Assembly (NCBI RefSeq): GCF_964355755.1
Contig: NC_092675.1
Coordinates: 20,742,912-20,806,911 of the forward strand
Length of the DNA: 64,000 bases
Direction of reading: 5' to 3'
Origin: Antedon mediterranea
Taxonomy: Eukaryota; Animalia; Echinodermata
Shown: positions 50,901 through 63,958 of the stretch, in pieces
Layout of the letters: every line of letters begins with the position of its first letter
Numbering within the stretch: the stretch's first letter is position 1
Translations under genes and position numbers: made by a program
Notes under the pieces: generated by a model
Database searches by the model: none
What the model saw: the letters and a program-made list of their open reading frames with translations, nothing else
Told to the model about the DNA's origin: nothing

Positions 50901-52980
50901 CGACTAATGGGTTCTGCGCAAGTCAATTGTGCTACAGTAACCAATTTTGACATAAATGGTTACTATAGCATAATAAACATGCGCAGAGGCGACTAATGGG
51001 TTCTGCGCATGTTAATTGTGCTATAGTAACCAGTTTTATCGAAAAATAAAAAGGTCGAAAATTGGCAATTTAAAAAAAAAAAAACCCTGTACTATAGTAC
51101 AAGGAAATTTTCGAAAATTGCCGATTTTCGACCCTTTTATTTTTTGACATAAATAGTTACTATTGCATAATAAACATGCGCAGAGACGAATAATGGGTTC
51201 TGCGCATGTCAATTGTGCTATCATAACCAGTTTTATCGAAAAATAAAAAGGTCGAAAATTGGCAATTTTTTTGAAAAATCCCTGTACTATAGTACAGGAA
51301 AATTTTCGAAAAATTGCCGATTTCCGACCCTTTTATTTTTTTACATAAATGGTTACTATTGCATAATAAACATGCGCAGAGGCGACTAATGGGTTCTGCG
51401 CAAGTCAATTGTGCTATCATAACCATATTTAACATAAATGGTTACTATATTGCATAATAAACATGCACAGAGGCGACTAATGGGTTCTGCGCAAGTCAAT
51501 TGTGCTACAGTAACCAATTTTGACATAAATGGTTACTATAGCATAATAAACATGCGCAGAGGCGACTAATGGGTTCTGCGCATGTTAATTGTGCTATAGT
51601 AACCAGTTTTATCGAAAAATAAAAAGGTTGAAAATTGGCAATTTTTTTGAAAAATCCCTATACTATAGTACAAAGAAATTTTAGAAAATTGCCGATTTTC
51701 GACCCTTTTATTTTTTGACATAAATGGTTACTATTGCATAATAAACATGCGCAGAGGCGATTAATGGGTTCTGCGCATGTCAATTGTGCTATCATAACCA
51801 TATTTGACATAAATGGTTACTATATTGCATAATAAACATGCGAATAATGGGTTCTGCGCAAGTCAATTGTGCTATCATAACCATATTTGACATAAATGGT
51901 TACCATTGCATAATAAACATGCGCAGAGGCGACTAATGGGTTCTGCGCATGTTAATTGTGCTATAGTAACCAGTTTTATCGAAAAATAAAAACGTCGAAA
52001 ATTGGCCATTTTTTGACAAATCCCTGTATTATAGTACAGGGAAATTTTCGAAAAATTGCCGATTTTCAACCCTTTTATTTTTTGACGTAAATGGTTACTA
52101 TTGCATAATAAACATGAGCAGAGTCGACTAATGGGTTCTGCGCATGTTAATTGTGCTATAGTAACCAGTTTTATCGAAAAATAAAAAGGTCGAAATTTGG
52201 CAATTTTTTGAAAATCCCTGTACTATAGCATTTATAGAAAAAATAATGAATAAATATTTGAGGCACTTTTGTTAATGAGGGTAACGTCGACAGCCTCATA
52301 ACAAAAGTGCCTAAGTCATAATTTGTATTTGTTTGTTTTTCTGCCTAACTCACTGCTTATATCATTATACTGCCCTCTCTACATTATCTGAGTGCTTTTA
52401 TATACATTTGCACATGCTCAGATCGTTTTTTGTGTTTCTGCCCAAGTAAAGTCAGCAGTGTGACTTAGGCAATTTTCATTTGTAAAACTGCCTAAGTCAC
52501 ACTATATTCAAAATATTTTTGCCTAAGTCATTTTATTACGTTGCGCAATAATTATATTTTGTCCTCTTACCTATATTACATTTAGCTTCTATTGATAGGC
52601 CTATATATTTATAGAAAAAATAATGAATGAAATTTTCGAAAAATTGCCGATTTTCGACCCTTTTATTTTTTGACATAAATGGTTACTATTGCATAATAAA
52701 CATGCGCAGAGATGAATAATGGGTTCTGCGCAAGTCAATTGTGCTACAGTAACCATATTTGACATAAATGGTTACTATATTGCATAATAAACATGCGCAG
52801 AGGTGACTAATGGGTTCTGCGCATGTTAATTGTGCTATAGTAACCAGTTTTATTGAAAAATAAAAAGGTCGAAAATTGGCAATTTTTCTGAAAAATCCCT
52901 ATACTATAGTACAAGAAAATTTTCGAAAATTGCCGATTTTCGACCCTTTTATTTTTTTGACATAAATGGTTACTATTGCA
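47914..52980. repeat. Composite hairpin satellite: ~35 A units (~90 bp) interspersed with ~15 B palindromes (~105-115 bp)
   Basis: A = TGGTTACTATAGCATAATAAACATGCGCAGA-loop-TCTGCGCATGTTAATTGTGCTATAGTAACCA. B = AAAAATAAAAAGGTCGAAAATTGGCAATT..CCTGTACTATAGTACAGG..AATTGCCGATTTTCGACCCTTTTATTTTT. Copy numbers counted by eye. Confidence 0.95.
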
Positions 52981-53830
52981 TTGTTGGAATATGACCAAAT
53001 TTCGACATTTTTGTTTTTGGATACAAAGTGGTTCTAGTATGGCACCATATGATGATTCTATGCCCATATAGCACTATTAGTGCCTACTTATTGAATTTAA
53101 AAAAGGTCATATTTTGGGTGATTTTGTGAAAAATCCCTGTACTCCCTGTACAGGGATGACCGAATTTCGACATTTTTTGATAGAAAGTGGTTCTATGGCA
53201 CCAAATGATGGTTCTATGGCAATATACATGCACATATAGTACTATTAGTGCATACTGATGTAATTTAAAAAAGGTCATATATTGGGTTATTTAAAAAAAA
53301 ATCCCTGTACTATAGTACAGGGATTTTCCCGGAAAATGACCGAATTTTGACAATTTTATTTTTTTGTACAAAGTGGTTCTACGGCACCATTTGATGATTC
53401 TGTGGTAATATACATGCACATATAGCACTATTAGTGCATATTAATTTAATTTAAAAAAGGTCATATTTTGGGTGATTTTGTGAAAAATCCCTTTACTATT
53501 ATAGTACAGGGATTCTGTTGGAATATGACCGAATTTCGACATTTTTGTTTTTGGATACAAAGTGGTTCTATAGCACCATATGATGATTCTATGCCCATAT
53601 AGCACTATTAGTGCATATTAATTGAATTAAAAAATTGTAATTTTTTTGTTGATTTTGTGAAAAACAAGTCGAAAGAGTGACCAAGTTTCGACATTTTTAT
53701 TTTTTACGCAAAGTGTCACCATATTCATTATGATTTTGAAAAAGGTCATATTTTGGATGGTTTTGTAAAAAATTGCTTTACCTTTTTTTCTAGAGAGACA
53801 AATGACCCAAATTTTTACCAATGACCAGGC
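52981..53830. repeat. Diverged satellite (unit C), right block
   Basis: About 4-5 further copies of the unit seen at 47480-47913, in the same orientation; several contain CCCTGTACTATAGTACAGGG-like palindromes. Confidence 0.85.
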
Positions 53831-55366
53831 ATATACTTCAACAACAGTAATCTGTTGTTCAGCCATCACCAGAGTGGCAACAAAACATATAAATATAAAA
53901 GAAATAACTTTGTTCGGTATACCAAAATCACTCAACTGGCAAAATAAAAAACATAATGTATAAATAATAAAAAGTAGTACACTGAGATTTAGATTATGTT
54001 GATTGACTACCGGAAACCACAATGTAGAAAATATAAATGATTCTGGTCCCATTTTAAATTGAAAAAAATAATACTAACTGGTTAAATATACAATGTATAA
54101 ACACAATCTCAATTCAACTTTTAAAAGAATTCAATTTTTTTAATCTTTTATGTATTCAATTTTGAAACAAAGATTTGAACATAACATAAACATTTTACAA
54201 TAAATATAAAAACATTATTATGTTTGTAAATAAGCCATTTGCCATGTGAAATTACTAATTTGTTTTGAGTTTTCTTGGTTTCAAATCTTATTTGAAAAGA
54301 AAAATGTTTTATTTATTATTTTTCAAAAGAACTGTATGCAGTGCTATATCTTCTTTTAGATATGTGGTGAAAATAATAGTTCATTCTTATATAAGCAGGC
54401 TCTCAATGAAAATTTTGGATCGGACACGTATGGCCACACAATTCAAGACCATAGTGAGTGCAATTTTGACCTAATCAGAGCTAGAAAGAGAAAAACGCAA
54501 GTAAAGTGTCTTGCCAAGGATACGAGCTGTTCTTCTGAAATTCGTTCACTTACCATTTAAACTATTCAATATCATTAACCTATTAACAGTATATTAACAG
54601 TATAATAAATAACTTTGCTAAAATTACAGGAGCTTTAACTGTAATAATTGACTAAAATATAAAAGCTATATTTACAGAAACTATCTACAAAGGTCTACCT
54701 TTACCTGCCTATATTCCCAACACTAGCATTGTTTTTATCAACTATGATATGACAATTCACACAGACTATATTTATATTTTTTTAAACAATTTTTTATATA
54801 AAAAAACTATATCTATAGCCATAAATTAAAATTCAGTTAAACCTGAATCGCATAGTATTAATATTTAAAACTTGACTTATAAAATAATTGTTTTTCAGAA
54901 TAAACATAATACAGTTAAACACAACTACCGGTGGTAATTCAATGTAAAGTGTGATATAATTTTAAAATCTTTTACACTATCTATTTAAGTTCATATCATA
55001 TTTAAATTTTTTATAGTTTTTTTTTTAATAGAAATATGTGCTACTGTATTATCGTAAGTCATTTCATTTACATATTTAAAACCTATACATTTTAAAACGT
55101 TAAAAAAGTAGATTTTAAAATGCTTTACAATCAATAAAAACTACTAAAAAATTAAACTGGATTGAAGAGAAAAACCTCTCTTGTTCCATTCTGAAAACTG
55201 TTTAAGCACCAGACATCTGTATGGGAGTCATTAGAACTTTAGTCATTATGTTATGATACTTATATTGTAATGATACTTATATTGTAATGACAAATGTTAA
55301 CTAACAAGCGAGGTAGAATTGGCATTCTTGAACCACCATGTTATTATTGTTAAAGTGTATTTATAA

Positions 55367-55512
55367 AGGTCTGTCTACACTATTAAACTAGTTTTACAAA
55401 AAAAGTGTGATGTGCCTAAATATGTTAATGATATGATGTCATCATGTCCATATATGGGCACACCACATTTGTTGTCACATAAAATTATATATAAAATAAT
55501 GTAGACAGGGCT
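55367..55512. mobile_element. MITE family B, copy 5 (downstream of the FRAS1 stop, probable 3'UTR)
   Basis: TAA|AGGTCTGTCTACACTATTAAACT...TGTAGACAGGGCT|TTA, with family B internal sequence. Confidence 0.8.
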
Positions 55513-55675
55513 TTATGAATATTTACTTGTACATTACCAGATTATACTAATATTAAATAATTGATTTTATTCACATTATCACATATTCACATTATTTCCT
55601 GAAATTTTTATTACATTAAGTTAAAATTGGATAAATTAAAAAAAATATTCTGGCAATGCTATTGTGTCAGTAGAT

Positions 55676-58600
55676 TTAAACCTCGGTACCGCCCTCGTCT
55701 GATGCTTGTGATATTCTATCTAGATGTGCTTCTAAGTTCACTTTTTTAATTCTTGTTGCGGCTGTCGCTCTGTTGTCTGGCTTATCTAAGTTCAAACTAC
55801 TAACTCTAACATTTTTACTGATGTTCATTTCAAATTCAATTTTATTATCTGATTTATCAGTTCCTGCAATATCTCTATTTGTTACTTTTGTTTCTACTTT
55901 CTGGTCTAGCAACTGGCGGCGACGCTTCCTGCGAATTAAAAAACCGACAATGACCATAGAGATGATGAACAACACAGCTATTGCTATAAAGATGGCTGCG
56001 ATTATATTAGTACTATGATACGGCGTTTCTAATTGGTCAATATTGAGTGAAAATCCTCGCATGTTGGTTCCATCTTGCGATGTGGTTCCGGCAACACCAT
56101 TTGTGCCTCGTTTGTTGATTGATGACATGACAGAGCGACGGAAACGTGGCGCATCATCTGAGGGACCTATTGTATAAATAACTTGCATGTACCACTGATG
56201 GCCAGACATTACCTAAGAAAAGACAATCATATCAGTTTATCACAATTGAAATCATATTAATTTACAACCAGTGTTTAGAGACAATTTCGTAGAAAGCATT
56301 GTATAGATCTAATTACATTAAACCAGGAGAAATACCTTATATGGTTCTATGATTTTGCAACCAATGTTGTGTAAACTGAAACTTACCCTATAGAGAGGAT
56401 CAACAACCATTGTGAATCCATCCACTCCTGGCATTTGATTCACAAGGGTATAATCTTTGTTATATTCAGCAAATTCAGCTAAAAATGGTATATCTTGGAA
56501 ATTTGATACTGTAGCATCAGGATCACCACGGTCCTATAAAATAAAAAATAAATTTATAAGAATAAAAAATGATAACCATTTACCACGTGAGGCTAGATAA
56601 TGTGCATCCACCATGATTAATTGTTTGTTTTGTATGTCTATTGTCTCTATGGAAACTTGTGTTGTGTATTTATCAAATACTGATATAGGTACGTTCCGAT
56701 TTGATAATATTGATAATCAAGCCAGAGTAACTCTCACTTCAGACCTCTTTTATATCAATATCAATCAATATATTGATATTGATAGAACTCTTCTGTACCA
56801 CTTGTGGAAAATATTGTGTTTTTGACTATTAAAACTTACCAGTACTAAGAAGCGATTCATAAGGTTAGGAGATTCTTGCATACAACCAAATTGTGGTCCA
56901 TTGTGATATACCTCGCCTGTAGGATCATAGTTGGGTACATATCCATCTTTACCAGTGCATAAGAATAGCTTCTCAATCTGTAATCTATATGCAGTGTCAA
57001 GGTTTTGATCTGGATTCCATAAAACACGTCCAAATATTGTTTGACCTGAAAAACATGGCAAAAATATTGATAAATTTAAAACATTTGCTGTAATTAATGT
57101 CTGTTTAATATCATAAGCAGATCCATTTGGCAGCGGGGTAGAGCAGCTACAGACAGGGCACATTACAGGCTGGTTTTCCATTATGCATCATTCTTGAGCC
57201 TAGAGTGTTGCACAAATTTTGGTATGTTTACAAAAAGCGTAGCGTGCAATAGTACTCCCATCGTGAAAATAGGAGGCAATAATGCACGGCAATCTTTGAA
57301 ATGGCAGGAACACACTTTTAACATTCTGATTGTACCTTTAGAAAATGATCCTTGGTAGTCCATCTCCTGTAGGGACATCAAATCCTGATTAGGATCCATC
57401 AGGAATACTTTCTCATTATTCATCAAATGGAATTCAGTATTGAGGGAATATACAACTGGAACTGGTCTATTTGTCTGCTGGAATGCTATGGGTACTACAA
57501 ATCTGGTACAAAAAATAAATAAAGTGCTTTGGTAAGTACAGTGTGATTATTTTCTTGATTGCCAACATACAGAGAAAAAACTTGTACAACATCAATTGCA
57601 TAACAATATTAATGTAAACTTATAATATGTATGCATCAGGAAGATGATCATGTTATATGAAAGAAGGAAAAACAAATAATAATAATAAGGTATTCTTTTT
57701 TAAATTTAATAATAAGGCGTAATATAATGCTTTCAAATATTACTTACTTTTCTGGTTGATGCGCTGTACAAATTAAAGGAGAATTGTCTTCAGATTTATA
57801 AGATTGTGTTGGTGTCACAGTACATGGCATCAACTCAATGATATAATCACCAGAGAAATCCTAATAACAAAACAGAGTGCTCAAGTTACTTAATTTTGCA
57901 TTACATTGTCTATTTCATGAGATTCCTACAGTCTATACAGGTAGAAAGTTCACTCATTGACTACCAGCACCATTGTTCATAGACTACCAACACTGCTGTT
58001 GGTTTGGGTAATTTTCATCAAACGTATCTATATACTAGAAACAAAGGGCAGAGAACTCTCCCAAAAATTTACTTCAAAAACGTTTAAAAAAACCCAAATA
58101 CGATTGTGTGTACTATTGTAGAAAACAGGATAGAGTTTCTTAGGATATTATAGTACACAACCAAATGTTCCCATAGCTGTTAAAACATACATTTCCTTTT
58201 AATCAGTTTTGTAAACCAAAAAATATGTAATACTGTATATATAGTATGGATATTAAATTACAATTATTTTACCTTGAGATTAAAAGAACTAGTGGCACTC
58301 CAAAGTTGTTCAGGTGCATCAAACGTGTTCTCACTCCAAAGCAATTCAAGCTCAAACTTCATACCAACAGCTAGTGGTGACAGAACGCGTGATTTGTATT
58401 CTGGCAAGGTGTGGTGGTTCATTACAAACTGACCTGAAGATAAAATAAATGATAACTTAATTCCAAATGAATGTAACAAAAATAAAATACATGGATTTAA
58501 CTGTTTGTAACCTGCTTTATTTCAAAAGACACTTTTAGACAGCTTACTCATTTCTAACCTCTCATCAGTCAACTATTCTTTAAAGGCCAGATCATGCTTT

Positions 58601-61600
58601 GCCATTTACCAGGTTAAGTTGGTTTCATGGGCCAATTATCTCTATCTCTGGCAGGTAGATCTCTAACTTACTTGGGTTAATAACTAAGGGTGAACAGACA
58701 CTAAAACTGTATGGTACTGGTATGGTTTAATTCTTTTAAGCCGATTGGTTTAAAATACAATCAGCTCAATTATAATTGATTTTTTAGATATGCTACACAA
58801 TATTACCTCTGAATTTTGGTGTTGTTTTAAAATCTATTACTAAGTTTCCTTTGTCTCCAATTCGAATTCTGATAATTTGTAGTCTTCCTGTTATAACACT
58901 ATCAGTTTCCAGACCTGTACGCCACAGAATTGAACTATAAAAGATAAAAAAGATAACAAATTATTTCAAGAAGTCTCGTTGTAGGAGAGTTTGTGGTTTT
59001 CCTGTATTGGGAGAGCCAATTATACTCTTTAGTTTAGCATAACAACAGATCAAATATGAAAACTTTTTTTAATTTATGAGGGATGAGGGGTGACAACTAC
59101 CTTTGAAGGTAAAAAAAGGGGCTTTTTAGAAAATATTTATGAAGAACTCTATACTCCCATTCACCACCCAATTTCTCAATATCCTTAACCCACCTCTGGT
59201 ATTTGTGAAAAATAATAAAATCAAAATTACCTGTAAAAGAAGGAGAACTCCATTTCTGTTTTATGGTCAAGAGAGGCCCAGCCAGTTGGTGCCATGACGT
59301 ATATGTAAGACACATACATTGGTACTGTCACAGTCAAATAACTTTTATCCATATCCCGCACTTGGAAATCGGTTGTAACAGCGCCCCCACACAAGTCCAC
59401 AAGTTCTGTCATGTGATAATATGCATCAAAACTCCATGTGCAACTTTTCAAGTTCAGATGCCGGTATAGGTTTATTGTCTTCTCCTCTCGAATGTTGGGA
59501 TCAAATTGGTAAGGGAAGTCGTAGCCTGGTCCGTATTTTAACATTTTATAATCGAGCGGTCCAAGGAAACTATAGTCTTGTAGTCCAGCTGCCATGCTAT
59601 TTAACATGTTGGAGCAGATGTGCTGACTGCGGTACACTGGTTCTGTTAGAAGCAGCCGGATGTTATGAATTGGAATCGTTGAGAGTAGTGGAAGCATTCC
59701 ATCCTCATGCGGAATATCAATGTGGATGTGTATCGAGTTGGGGTGATCCACGTCTTCAGGTTCAACATATTTCAAATCAGCTATAAACGACTGCGCTTTG
59801 AATCCACGCACATCACCAGATGTCACTGGTGTATGGCACACGCTATTCTCTCCACTTATTTCTACAATACCACTGCGAAGAGGAACTCCGGCCCTACCAT
59901 TTTTATCGTACGGTTGAGCTACACACCGGACGTGGAACCTTCGACTGAAGTATACACTATCCAATACCTTGGTATTCGGGCTGGTGAATGGTGTATGATC
60001 TACGATACGCTCAAAAGGTGGTCTTGAACCGTCCACGTCTGTTGGCATGGCAACCTCCCAATGGTATGCGATGTTTGAAATGTTGATGTTTGAATTCTTG
60101 CACATGCTTTGAGTCAGAGTGTATTCTGGGTAATGAGGATCGCAAGACTGTACACAAAACAAAGTAAATATAAATTGTAATTACAATTTAAATATAAACA
60201 AATATTTCCAAAACATTCAGATATCTATACTCATTATCTATATTCATTATATACCAAACAAAATGTAATAGTTTTAGCAGCATGTAAAAATACATATAGA
60301 TAAAAATAAAAAAATATGAAACTTTGAGATTTCATATTTTACCCAACAGGAAACTTATACTACTTTTATAGCAACAAAACTGGTACATGCTAGAATGTAA
60401 AAAAAAATTTGGTTTGAAATGAAAAACTATGTAAGTTATTATTATAGAATTCCTATGAAGACCATGTAAGCAACCAACACCTATTTTATCATGCTTGAAA
60501 AAAAACAACCGAGTACATTACAATAAAAGCAATGTGAACAATCACAATGAATATGCAAACAGTGAGAATAATTATTAATCCCCAAGAAAGAGTACTTACT
60601 TTGCCTTAAAGTTATTGTAAAGCCATAAAGACAAAAGTGCAACAAATTTATACACTGAATGCATATTAAATTGCATAGGGTAATAGGCCTAAATACAATA
60701 AATAAAGAGATTTCAGTTTAACATAATTAATGTTACCTACCGTAACACATATTATGGGATATCCTGCAGATGGGTTCTTTTCAATTCCTTCTGCAACATT
60801 ACCATAGTCCATTAAAGACACAACCTACAGTAAAATAATAATATTGTATTAGTTCACTCCTTTGGAGAACAAAGGAACACATGAAAAGATTCGACCATAT
60901 AAAACAACATTTACAAAAAATATACAATTGAAATAGAAGAAAAGATACTGAGAGGATTGGTTGAAACTTAAAATAAAAAGAAACTAAGTACAGTTGAAGT
61001 AAAACCACATAAATGTAGGGAAGATACCATATATCAGGTTAGGTTAGGAATCAATTGAGTATTTTGAATGACTGAACAGTTAAGAAACAGGCGACAAAAA
61101 TCATAGCCATTTCATTGGTATGCATATAATTATTTCTTAATGATGAAATATAAAATGACTATTGAATCCTTTCCATGATGACATGAACAGTATTTCAATA
61201 CTTGAAGTATGTAGGACCAGGGAAGAGTCCCTGGTAGGACTATGTCTTGATCTTGTTACTTACAACAGGTGCAGCAGGCAGTATGGTACTGCCAGCAGCC
61301 TCATCATCTATGATGGTCACAGTAGCAGTGGTGACAAGTCCTAGCAGTGCATTGACTGGGTCCTCTGGGCCTAGGATGATGCTGAACGTTTCATGCCATT
61401 CAATGTCTTCATTGTGTAAAACTTCTACTTGGAGATCAATTGAACTAACACCTACAAAGAAAAATAGAACCGTTTGTATTAAGAGTGGTTCATAGGTATG
61501 TTCACATAAACAAAGTCTTTTGGAGTGGAATACAGGATTTTAATTAAATACAGAACACTGGGATAGGGTAGCCCAGCATTTACCCTCAAACCATAACTGC

Positions 61601-63958
61601 ACATGTCAGATTATGCAAAAGCGAGACTAAAAATATTGTACTGCATACCTAAAACAGAGGATCTTAAACCAGAATACCTTAGACTGTTAATATGACCAAT
61701 GATTATGCTGGGTGAGGTTCCCATTTTATTTTACTATCAATTAATACTGTACATACCTGGTTTAAAATGAAGAAGTTTAGAGTAAGCATTGTAGTCTAGT
61801 CCTGACTGAGCTGAACCATCCCGAGTGCTACACCGTACACGTGATGAGCCAGTTTGATCTCCTGTACGAACAACTGTTATAGTCACGAATGAAACTTCAT
61901 CGCTGTTTATAGGCTCACGTACGCTGTATGCCATTCTTTTGAATTGGACAGTTGGAGCTAAAATACGAGATTTAAAAAACAAAATGCAACATATATTAAT
62001 ATGTTTTTAAACCTAAATGAGGCAATTCAATCTTAAAATTAATTTAAATTTTAAATGTAAATGCTAGGTTTAATGTATTGAATTTCCACAATTTACCTTT
62101 TTCCTGCATTGCACAATTTTGATAATTTCAACTTCAATATTTAAAACTGTATACATTAAATTATTGAAAGAATCTCATTAAGTTTAAGAAAGAAATAGTT
62201 AACCTGCCAGTGGCAGATTTTGAAATAAGGGTGAGCCATGACATTGAAAATTGTAAAAACTAGAGCGAAGCGAGCGTACCATCTAGGTCGTGCCCACAGA
62301 TGGTTCTCGAATACACAGTAATTTCAGCGTTAAAAAACTGGCGATTTCAAATGTACAATAATGCAGGACAATAATATATGTCGTTTACAGGAACGATTAA
62401 ATAGACACTGTGATTTATGTACTCAACTAAAATTAGCACACTAGGAATTACTTCCGAAAGAGAAACTTGTCACAAAATGAGACCAATTGTTTAAGTCAAA
62501 TTTAAACAAACTTAATTTGTGTTTTGTATGTAACATTATGGTTGGAGGATGGGGAAGAGGATAGGTGCAAAGAGGAACATTTTTTAAATATATTCTTTAT
62601 TTTGTAACGAAATATTAATTAACATGTTTTACAAATAATATACCACTAAACACAGTAAAACATTGCGATGTAATACTTTGTTGAAACTATCACCGTCGTA
62701 GTCGATTGAAATAGTACAGTACATGTAACGATACACTACGACGTATGTTTATATATAATGTTAAACAATTTGTGAAAACCACCTCTATTCGGGGCAAATC
62801 ATAAATTCGATTTAATCGGTAATAAATATTAAATTACGGCGACTGAAAACGCTAGCTCATTATCCGTTTAAAAAAAATTATATCCAACCTCTGCAGCACA
62901 GATTGAAAAAAAAAATGGATCGAATTTCTGTTATGAGTATACAGTACTTTCCTTTACGACGCCTGAGGGAATAGACACTTGTGGAACGACACAGAGATTG
63001 GAATGTTCCATTCATCGCAAATCAATACATTTGTATAAACGTATATTAAATCTATCAAAATAGTATTTTTTTTAAGAAAATCGGCCTGTCTTCAACATTA
63101 TGATACTGTACTCGAGCTGTTCAACCGGTTTTCAGCTATTAAAAACAATTATCGTAGGAGGAGATAGGAAAATGCGAAGCCTCCTCGCATTTTTGTGGCG
63201 GGTATTTTTCAAGATGGACATCCATTAGACAGTGTATACCACGATCGGAAAACACCCCTATTTGGGGCAAATCGTTGAACCTAAATTCGTTTTAATTGTC
63301 AATAACTAATTATCGAACTCAATTTAATTAGTAAACAGGGTTACATCAGGTGGTTAAAATCAGTACCGAAAGTACGAACCAACTTTATATACCATCGAGT
63401 AAACATTCTAGAAATAACGCGCGATTTACCGAATTTTGCCCTTACGTAAAAATATATAAAGATGATCATCTCAGGTGCCTCAAACCTCAACCAACCTGGA
63501 ATTCGCCTATCACCTGTGTGTATTATTGGGTATATTATGTCACCAGCATTTGTATGTCAATTGTTAATACAAAACTGTAGTATATTAGTACATACCATCT
63601 TCTTTATCACTGATAGTAATCGTAGAAACTTTTGTTTTGCCAATTTTCGCATTACAAAACTCATTGCCTAATGCTGCCGTCAACTTCACTTGAAACACTT
63701 CATCTGCCTCGTAAGTTCCATCCTCGACGATGTCAATGCTACAGTTTTTAACTTTCTCTCCTGGCATAAACACAATTCTTGAATCATCTATGTTACGCCT
63801 TTCCTCAAAATCCATCATGACCTGGGCTGAACGCTGACGTGTGAAGCAGATTACGGACGACTCGTATGATAGGTCACCTGATCGAATGATTGGCACATGA
63901 GCAATTCCAGATTTTTCCTCAACTGTAAGCTTTGACATCATGAACTGCATTGTTGGAA
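55676..63958 (-). CDS. FRAS1: Extracellular matrix protein FRAS1, C-terminal ~1070 aa (Calx-beta repeats, conserved juxtamembrane domain, TM, PDZ-binding tail), 5'-partial
   Basis: Minus-strand exons: 63958-63596, 61957-61757, 61451-61264, 60824-60741, 60147-59231, 58934-58807, 58433-58273, 57860-57748, 57502-57336, 57045-56840, 56533-56387, 56212-55676, with consistent phases. Calx-beta motifs (RSGDLS..SSVICFT, RTGDQTGSSRVRCSTRDGSAQSGLDY). FRAS1-type stretch CDPHYPEY...WEVAMPTD...VLDSVYFSRRFHVRCVA...GFKAQSFIA...IPHEDGMLPLLST. Furin-like RFRR, TM IIAAIFIAIAVLFIISMVIVGFLI followed by RRKRRR, and C-terminal GGTEV*. Confidence 0.92.

Noticed and set aside
48457-53278. Many similar short ORFs (MIAQLTCAEPI...)
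   Set aside because: They are translations of the satellite units, with frameshifting homopolymer variation.
59263-60027. Plus-strand ORFs overlapping the large FRAS1 exon
   Set aside because: Antisense shadows of the real minus-strand coding exon.
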